Source: Patescibacteria group bacterium (GTDB taxonomy: Bacteria; Patescibacteriota; Microgenomatia; UBA10105; UBA927). From it: 64,000 nt of DNA. The stretch spans positions 65,429 through 129,428 of the forward strand of contig DATKGN010000006.1 of NCBI GenBank assembly GCA_035510735.1, read 5' to 3'. Shown in pieces: positions 57,822-64,000 of the stretch (position 1 is its first letter; every line of letters begins with the position of its first letter). Made by a program: the position numbers and the translations under genes. The notes under the pieces were generated by a model. It saw only the letters and a list, made by a program, of their open reading frames with translations. It made no database searches and was not told the DNA's origin.

Positions 57822-59132
57822 TTACAGGTTTTTTTTAAACTCTTCCCGAGTGTTCGAGGCAACCGATCGATTATTCCGCACCACCACAAAGGGACTTTTT
57901 AGCATGCAATAGGTCTCCTCAGGAATATCTTTATCTATAACAACACCTGAACCGATAAATGACCCGCGTCCGATCTTAATGCCTGGCATTATACTCGCAT
58001 TTACGCCGATCCGTACGTCGCGACCGACCATTGCGCCCACTTTATTTTTTCCCGTGGATATCCGATCCTGTTTGACAGAAGACAGTATCTCCCCATCATC
58101 AAGCCTGAGATTGGCTAGAACTGCGCCGGACCCCATGCTGATATTTCTCTCGAGAACGCTGTCTCCGACATAATTACTGTGAAACCAACATCTCTCGCCC
58201 ACGTAACTCCGAGTAATATCTGTATTAAAACCGGTCACGCATCCCCCGCCGATATGGCTTTGGCGGATAATATTATTATTGCCGATGATCGTGCCCTTTC
58301 CGATATACGCCGGTCCTGTAATTTTCGTATGTTCAAAAATTCGTACGTCGTCGTCAATAAAAACGTCACCCTCAATAATGACATTTTGTTTTATTTCTAT
58401 ATTTTTTCCGCGGTGGGATCCCAAGCGTGAAAGCAGGACCTTCGTGACATCAAGCACGTTCCACGGATATTTAAGTGTGGTAAAGTCGCCTTTATATTCG
58501 TGAAGAACAAATCGATGCCGTTTCATAAGAATTGAAAGCGCCTTCTCATACACATCATCCTGGTCGCTTGCCGTATGATGCAACTCTTCTAAGAGAGCAT
58601 TACCATCCGATATAAAGTGGCCGAGCGTTGCAATGTAACGGCTAGGCTCATTGCCGGGTCCGGGTTTCTCCTCTATACCCATCACATCTTTTCCGTCGGT
58701 TATAAGATATCCAAGCGGCAAATAAGAATCCACTTCTTGTCCCGGGATCACACCAAATACCTTATCGCTAAAACCAATTGAAACCACTTTTTTGAGCATT
58801 TCGCCGTCTAGCAAATCATCACCATTTAAGATTAATAAAGAACTATTTTGTAGTTCTGACGCCGCCGAAAGAATAGCATCTCCCATTCCAAGAGCCCTCG
58901 GTTGAATCACGGTTGTTGAAGGAACGGAAAATTTAAGCGACGACAAGAGTGGATTATTCTCGCTATTCGTAACGATAACGATTCTCGTCACTTCTTTCGG
59001 CAGCACCGAACGAATTGAATAATCTATAAAAGGTTTTCCAAACCACGGGAACAATACTTTATCTGAAGAGAACGGCAAAAACCGGTTTCCTACTCCGCCC
59101 GCCAAAACGACGGCAACAAGATTATGTTTCAT
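57822..59132 (-). CDS. glmU: Sugar-1-phosphate nucleotidyltransferase fused to a left-handed beta-helix acyltransferase-like domain (GlmU-like)
   Basis: N-terminal LAGGVGNRF NTP-transferase motif, C-terminal hexapeptide repeats. 436 aa. Confidence 0.6.
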   Translation of the reverse strand: MKHNLVAVVLAGGVGNRFLPFSSDKVLFPWFGKPFIDYSIRSVLPKEVTRIVIVTNSENNPLLSSLKFSVPSTTVIQPRALGMGDAILSAASELQNSSLLILNGDDLLDGEMLKKVVSIGFSDKVFGVIPGQEVDSYLPLGYLITDGKDVMGIEEKPGPGNEPSRYIATLGHFISDGNALLEELHHTASDQDDVYEKALSILMKRHRFVLHEYKGDFTTLKYPWNVLDVTKVLLSRLGSHRGKNIEIKQNVIIEGDVFIDDDVRIFEHTKITGPAYIGKGTIIGNNNIIRQSHIGGGCVTGFNTDITRSYVGERCWFHSNYVGDSVLERNISMGSGAVLANLRLDDGEILSSVKQDRISTGKNKVGAMVGRDVRIGVNASIMPGIKIGRGSFIGSGVVIDKDIPEETYCMLKSPFVVVRNNRSVASNTREEFKKNL

Positions 59133-60463
59133 TGTTCCTCCGTAATTCTTTTTATGTTCGCACCTAGTTGACTGAGTCGCTCTTCAATCTTTTCATAGCC
59201 ACGGTCTACCTGTTCGACCCCGTGAATATAACTCTCCCCCCCCGCCACAAGAGCTGCTAAAATAAGCGTCGCACCTGCGCGAAGATCATCAATATGTAAA
59301 ACCGCATTATGCAGTTTCGCGGGACCAGTAATTCGGATCCCCTGATGATACCCGTTCACCCGATCCTTCCAATTAAAATTATAAAACGTTTTAGGGTCTT
59401 TGACGATAGGATCATAAAAATCAATTTCGGCGCCCATTTTCTTAAGTTCCGCCACATATGAGAATCTGCTCTCAAATATGGTTTCATGAATAGTTGATAT
59501 TCCTTTCGCTTGGGTCATATAAACAGCCCAAGGTGCCTGCCAATCGGTCATAAAACCCGGGAAAGGCGCCGTCACGATATCAGTCGCCTTAAATGATCCT
59601 TCGCCGAAATACTTGGTCGTATGAGCGTCAATTTGTTCAAATTTCATACCTGATTTCGTAAACATATCGATGAATGCACCAAGGGTCGATATCTGGGAAT
59701 TATGGATTGTTACATCCCCGCGTGTAATAGCGGCAGCGATAGCAAACGTCACTTCTTCGTTTCGGTCGGGCATAATGGTATATTCGACACCATGAAGAGA
59801 CGCTACGCCTTCAATAGTAATTTCGCGAAAACCGCTTCTCGTGATCTTTGCACCCATCGCATTCAATAGCGATATCAGTCCGTCAATCTCAACTTCCTCG
59901 GCGGCATTCTTGAGAACCGTGGTGCCTTCTGCCAACACCGCAGCAAGAAGCAATGTTTCAGTTCCGGTATGCGTATTTTTGGGAAACTCAATGGTTGCAC
60001 CATGAAGTTTTTTTGCCCGGAGATAAAAATATCCATCATCCGAATGATATTCCACATGAGCTCCCATGAGTTTAAGTGCCTCCATATGACGGTCAATGGG
60101 CCGTGCTCCGAGCCTGCAACCCCCGGGATTCGGAATGGTCGCTTCGCCCAGCCGTGCAAGCATAGGTCCCACAACCATTGAAGATGTTCGGAGCCTTGCC
60201 CCAACCTCAAGAGGAACAATAGTATTTTTTTGCTGAACATGCTGTATTACAACAGTATGATCGCGCATCGTGTGCGTAACGCCGAGGCTTTTGAGAACCT
60301 CTAACATAAATGTCACATCACGTAAGAGCGGAACATTGTGGATTATGAGCTCTTCATCAGTCAAAAGAGATGCGACCAAAACTTTTAGCGCAACGTTTTT
60401 TGCCCCGCCGATGGTCACTTCACCACAAAGCGGTATTCCGCCGGTAATAACGAATTTATCCAT
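59129..60463 (-). CDS. murA: UDP-N-acetylglucosamine 1-carboxyvinyltransferase
   Basis: 444 aa with an EPT-fold signature (MDKFVITGG...). Confidence 0.9.
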   Translation of the reverse strand: MDKFVITGGIPLCGEVTIGGAKNVALKVLVASLLTDEELIIHNVPLLRDVTFMLEVLKSLGVTHTMRDHTVVIQHVQQKNTIVPLEVGARLRTSSMVVGPMLARLGEATIPNPGGCRLGARPIDRHMEALKLMGAHVEYHSDDGYFYLRAKKLHGATIEFPKNTHTGTETLLLAAVLAEGTTVLKNAAEEVEIDGLISLLNAMGAKITRSGFREITIEGVASLHGVEYTIMPDRNEEVTFAIAAAITRGDVTIHNSQISTLGAFIDMFTKSGMKFEQIDAHTTKYFGEGSFKATDIVTAPFPGFMTDWQAPWAVYMTQAKGISTIHETIFESRFSYVAELKKMGAEIDFYDPIVKDPKTFYNFNWKDRVNGYHQGIRITGPAKLHNAVLHIDDLRAGATLILAALVAGGESYIHGVEQVDRGYEKIEERLSQLGANIKRITEEQ

Positions 60464-60466
60464 GAA

Positions 60467-61450
60467 TTAAAATTCCCCGATACGTTGTATTTCTTCTTCT
60501 AATAGGACTCCAAATTGCCTTTTAACTTGTTCTTTCGCTCTATCTATTAATTGTACCACATCGCTAGCGGTGGCATGGCCCCGGTTAATAATAAAATTTG
60601 CATGAACAGACGAAACCTCTGCGTCTCCGATGCACAAACCCTTCAACCCTGCGTGGTCAACCAAAAATCCCGCTGACGTCGCACCATCGGGGACATGACG
60701 GGTCATTGCCTGAGTTTTTGATATGTTTTTGAATGTGCATCCCGCAGAAAACACCCCTTGAGGCTGTGTTTGCCTTCTGTAGGCAATACTCTCGTTTGCG
60801 ATCGTCCACAGGCGTTCTTTTGTATCCCGGATAAGCGAAAAAACTACCCTTGTCACGATATCACGTGATTTTTGGACATAGCTCGTATCATATGCAAATT
60901 GGAAATATGAATGCGGGACCGTTTGAATTTTACCCTCAGGAGTGAGAATTTCCGCCTGATAAACCGTGTCACCGACGTAGCCGTCAGGGTGGGTCCATTT
61001 TGAATTCATATATACGGCGCCACCGACAGAGCCAGGAAGCCCAAGATGCATCTCAAGACCCGCGAGTCCCTCATCAACCGTCACCCGAACTAATTTATTC
61101 ATGAGTACGCCGGAATCTGCTTCCACATATACGCGACTATATGACTTGCCACCGATAACTTCACCTTTTGCCCCACGCGTCGCGATAGTCCCAGTATTAT
61201 TTTTAATGACCAACCCGCGAATCCCTTTATCACCGATAAGAATATTTGTTCCACCACCAAGGACAAACACGGGAAGGTGAATCTTTCTTGCCTCACGTAC
61301 AATATTTATCAATTCCCCATTTGTTCGTGCATCAAAAAATAAATCAGCCGGACCGCCTATTTTAAACGTAGTGTATCGTCCTAACGGTTCGTCAAGTGTA
61401 ATTTTACCCGGATATGTTTGTAAAAAAAACTTTTGAGTCTTTTGATCCAT
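60467..61450 (-). CDS. murB: UDP-N-acetylenolpyruvoylglucosamine reductase
   Basis: FAD-binding GGGTN motif. 327 aa. Confidence 0.85.
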   Translation of the reverse strand: MDQKTQKFFLQTYPGKITLDEPLGRYTTFKIGGPADLFFDARTNGELINIVREARKIHLPVFVLGGGTNILIGDKGIRGLVIKNNTGTIATRGAKGEVIGGKSYSRVYVEADSGVLMNKLVRVTVDEGLAGLEMHLGLPGSVGGAVYMNSKWTHPDGYVGDTVYQAEILTPEGKIQTVPHSYFQFAYDTSYVQKSRDIVTRVVFSLIRDTKERLWTIANESIAYRRQTQPQGVFSAGCTFKNISKTQAMTRHVPDGATSAGFLVDHAGLKGLCIGDAEVSSVHANFIINRGHATASDVVQLIDRAKEQVKRQFGVLLEEEIQRIGEF

Positions 61451-61454
61451 AGTA

Positions 61455-62912
61455 TTACGTAATTGATTTATAAATTTCCTTGCCCCACAAATAAATATTG
61501 CCGGCTCCCATAAAAATCACGATATCATCTTTTTTTATCATCGAAGCAAGCACTGCATATACCGCCTCAGAATTTTGTGCGTAACATACGACATTTTTGT
61601 GTTTTTTTACTTCATTCGCAAACACCTCACCGGTCATCCCAAGCGTTTCCGTTTCACGGGCCGACCCGTAAATATCGGTCGTCACGACGATATCTGCGTC
61701 TTTAAATGCCAGACCGAACTCGCTTAAAAGTGATTTTGTACGGGAGTATGTATGTGGTTGAAATACTGCAATTACACGGTCCTTGGGATACCATGATCTT
61801 ACTGCTGCCAGTGTTGCCGCAATTTCTTTAGGATGATGCGCATAGTCATCGAAGAACGTTACACCGTGTGCCTGCCCGATTTCTTCAAATCTGCGTTTCG
61901 CCCCACGGAATCGAGAAAGACCAAGCCGCACCTGTTCCCACGAAAGACCTGCCTCGTGAGACGCGACTGCTGCAGCAAGCGCATTTAACACATTGTGGAC
62001 CCCTGGTACATAAATAGTAAATATTCCGATCCCTCCTTTATCTCTGTATATTTCAAATGTTGTTTTGCCTCTCTCAAATGATATATGTTTCGCCTGATAC
62101 CGAGCTTTGTCCGAGCTGCCATAGGTGATGATTGTTGAGTTACCTGATTTTTTGAGTAGCCCATGACTAGCCGGGTCATCTATATTGACAATACATATTT
62201 TCCGGCCGATTTGACGTTGAAGCAGTTTTTGAAAAGCACGCTGTACCGCCGTAAGCGAACTATATGCATCAGGATGATCATAATCAACATTAGTTACAAC
62301 CAGAATCTCGGGAGTTTGCCAAAGAAACCGGGGCGTCGGGTCATGAGTCGGATCAGTTACATACTCATCCGCCTCAGCAATAAAATAATCTCCGCGACCA
62401 AAATGACCGGGCGGCCCAAGCCCCCGCACCTTACCGCACCCGATGGCATACGACGGATCAACGCCGGCAGAAATTAGAATAGTCGCAATAATTGCAGTTG
62501 TTGTTGTTTTTCCGTGGCTTCCTGCAACTGAAATCTGCCGCTTTCCACTCATCGCAAGTCCCAATGCTTTCCCATGAGGTAATGTCGGAATACCGAGTTT
62601 TCGCCCTTCAACAACTTCAGGATTATCTCTCCCGCCGTGGGCTCCTGTATAAATAATAAGATCAGGCTTTATATGTGAAGAAATGTTGTGAGCGTCAAAA
62701 CCTTTTAGCACCTGTATTCCTTTATCATGTAAGACAATATCACTCGGAAACTCGTCTCCGACATCCGAACCGATCACCTGACATCCTTTTTCTTTTGCCC
62801 ACACGGCCAATGACGCCATGGCGATTCCCTTAATACCTACAAAATAGAGAGAATGGAGATTCGAAAGCGATGTAATGTCACGATTTTTCACGCTATTCAT
62901 ATCGTACTCCAA
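61455..62912 (-). CDS. murC: UDP-N-acetylmuramate--L-alanine ligase
   Basis: N-terminal FVGIKGIAM and a Mur P-loop GSHGKTTTT. 485 aa. Confidence 0.9.
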   Translation of the reverse strand: MEYDMNSVKNRDITSLSNLHSLYFVGIKGIAMASLAVWAKEKGCQVIGSDVGDEFPSDIVLHDKGIQVLKGFDAHNISSHIKPDLIIYTGAHGGRDNPEVVEGRKLGIPTLPHGKALGLAMSGKRQISVAGSHGKTTTTAIIATILISAGVDPSYAIGCGKVRGLGPPGHFGRGDYFIAEADEYVTDPTHDPTPRFLWQTPEILVVTNVDYDHPDAYSSLTAVQRAFQKLLQRQIGRKICIVNIDDPASHGLLKKSGNSTIITYGSSDKARYQAKHISFERGKTTFEIYRDKGGIGIFTIYVPGVHNVLNALAAAVASHEAGLSWEQVRLGLSRFRGAKRRFEEIGQAHGVTFFDDYAHHPKEIAATLAAVRSWYPKDRVIAVFQPHTYSRTKSLLSEFGLAFKDADIVVTTDIYGSARETETLGMTGEVFANEVKKHKNVVCYAQNSEAVYAVLASMIKKDDIVIFMGAGNIYLWGKEIYKSIT

Positions 62913-63642
62913 TCACGCCTAACATTTCACCAAATGTTTCTTTGCTACCCTTGCGGAATGAGTAATACAGATTATGCTGACACGATGTGCAGGTCACTGC
63001 GGCATCGATATGCTCCCTCGATATTCCATCCCGCTCAAGCTGTAATAAATTGACATATCCGATATCCAAATGCCATAAACCTTCAATTTGTGAAGCAACG
63101 TTGGGATCATTTCCATATTCTTTTATAAACTGCTTCGCCCTGTCCTCTAGCACGCTATAACAACACATGCCGATATGAGGGCCTATTGATACATAAATAT
63201 CATCTGTCTTAACCCCAATGGAAACCAACGATGTAATAACATTATGAGTAATTTTTTTGCAAGTTCCCTTCCACCCGGCGTGCGCAACTGCTATCGCCTT
63301 ACCCTTTTTATCAGCGAATATGAGAGGAACGCAATCGGCTATACGCACACCGATGCTCAACGGTTTATGTGTGTTGTGGTCTAAACGGGCAACAATAGCA
63401 TCTGCCGACGACAACAACCGGCTGTTGGTGTTGTCAATAATTTCAACACGATCACCATGAATCTGTTCACTTAAAACCAATGAATCCGGTGAAAGGTTCA
63501 GAGTCTGAAGAAAACCCTTTCGATTATGCGTAAGACGCATATCACCGAGTGCGCGCGTCGAATACCCATGGGTAAATTTGGGAAATGACCCAATGAGACT
63601 CGATTGAACATACGATGAACCCATAATGAGAGGCATAATCAA
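62893..63642 (-). CDS. pgeF: YfiH/PgeF (DUF152) purine-nucleoside phosphorylase / peptidoglycan-editing-factor family
   Basis: ADCVPLIF...AHAGWKG motif. 249 aa. Confidence 0.7.
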   Translation of the reverse strand: MIMPLIMGSSYVQSSLIGSFPKFTHGYSTRALGDMRLTHNRKGFLQTLNLSPDSLVLSEQIHGDRVEIIDNTNSRLLSSADAIVARLDHNTHKPLSIGVRIADCVPLIFADKKGKAIAVAHAGWKGTCKKITHNVITSLVSIGVKTDDIYVSIGPHIGMCCYSVLEDRAKQFIKEYGNDPNVASQIEGLWHLDIGYVNLLQLERDGISREHIDAAVTCTSCQHNLYYSFRKGSKETFGEMLGVIGVRYE

Positions 63643-63645
63643 CAG

Positions 63646-64000
63646 TTACGACGCCTTTATATGTAATAATTTACGAACTTCCGCCTGATCACTCCAAGGA
63701 TATTCTTTTGTGCCCCGGCAAAGACTCCGCTCATGTCCCTTTCCGGTAATAATAACCAGATCCCCGGGTCTTGCAATAGAAAGTGCATAGGCAATCGCTT
63801 TCCCCCTGTTCGGATACCGATATACCGGAACGCTGGATTTTATACCTGTCTGAATAGCATCCATAATGACAGTAACGTCTTCGGTTCTGTAGTCCTCTTC
63901 GGTCAAGATAATTGTATGAGCATACTGGCTTGATGCTCGACCCATAAGCGGTCTTTTTGAATGATCCCTGAGACCCGCGCTGCCAAACACATGAATCACC
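63646..64000 (-). CDS. murE: Mur ligase C-terminal domain (probably MurE); N-terminus off-window
   Basis: PGDLVIITGKGHE C-terminal signature. The ORF continues past the window end. Confidence 0.65.
   Translation of the reverse strand, partial: VIHVFGSAGLRDHSKRPLMGRASSQYAHTIILTEEDYRTEDVTVIMDAIQTGIKSSVPVYRYPNRGKAIAYALSIARPGDLVIITGKGHERSLCRGTKEYPWSDQAEVRKLLHIKAS

Noticed and set aside
1-64000. rRNA genes, IS-element transposases, integrases, restriction-modification or other recognisable defence systems.
   Set aside because: No 16S/23S-like conserved stretches were found. No DDE, serine or tyrosine recombinase motifs and no helicase or nuclease modules typical of defence systems.

Overview
The 64 kb window is almost entirely coding, mostly on the minus strand, and reads like a small-genome bacterium with a Gram-positive-type cell wall. 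All annotations rest on reading the translated ORFs and the DNA by eye; no database search was possible. Calling the source CPR/Patescibacteria-like is inference from gene content only.

Left third (minus strand unless noted): a partial beta-propeller-like ORF running off the left edge, gatB-gatA-gatC, glnA preceded by a structured leader and a GAF-ANTAR regulator gene, a SAM methyltransferase, a gatD-murT pair, a GNAT, htpX-lemA, a family-X DNA polymerase, tRNA-Asp (+), a LysM protein (+), tRNA-Gly (+), an archaeal-type PEP carboxylase and tRNA-Thr (+).

Middle: a ~12.5 kb envelope-glycosylation island (O-antigen-ligase-like, GT2 x2, GT4 x2, a GT39-like protein, two further polytopic membrane proteins, two methyltransferases, a Wzx flippase). 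It is followed on the plus strand by a large secreted protein that fuses a beta-propeller domain, a Pro/Thr linker and a lipase domain. Then comes a tRNA-Val locus bracketed by copies of both ends of the tRNA, with a 319-aa orphan ORF on one side and a small GIY-YIG gene on the other.

Right third: lepB (+), parB, rpmA, a THUMP methyltransferase, rplU, a SEDS protein and ileS. ileS is preceded by a clear Ile T-box leader with antiterminator and terminator. Then a long minus-strand division/cell-wall cluster: ftsZ-ftsA-ftsQ-murG-ftsW-murD, an uncharacterised 450-aa PP-loop-like protein, mraY-dgkA-femAB-like, a holin-IV-like protein, an MBL hydrolase, a DegT aminotransferase, murF with a transmembrane N-terminus, an alpha/beta hydrolase, a glmU-like gene, murA-murB-murC-pgeF and a partial murE.

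Most worth a second look: the ANTAR-type attenuator at glnA, the PP-loop protein between mraY and murD, the tRNA-Val insertion signatures, and the secreted propeller-lipase fusion.
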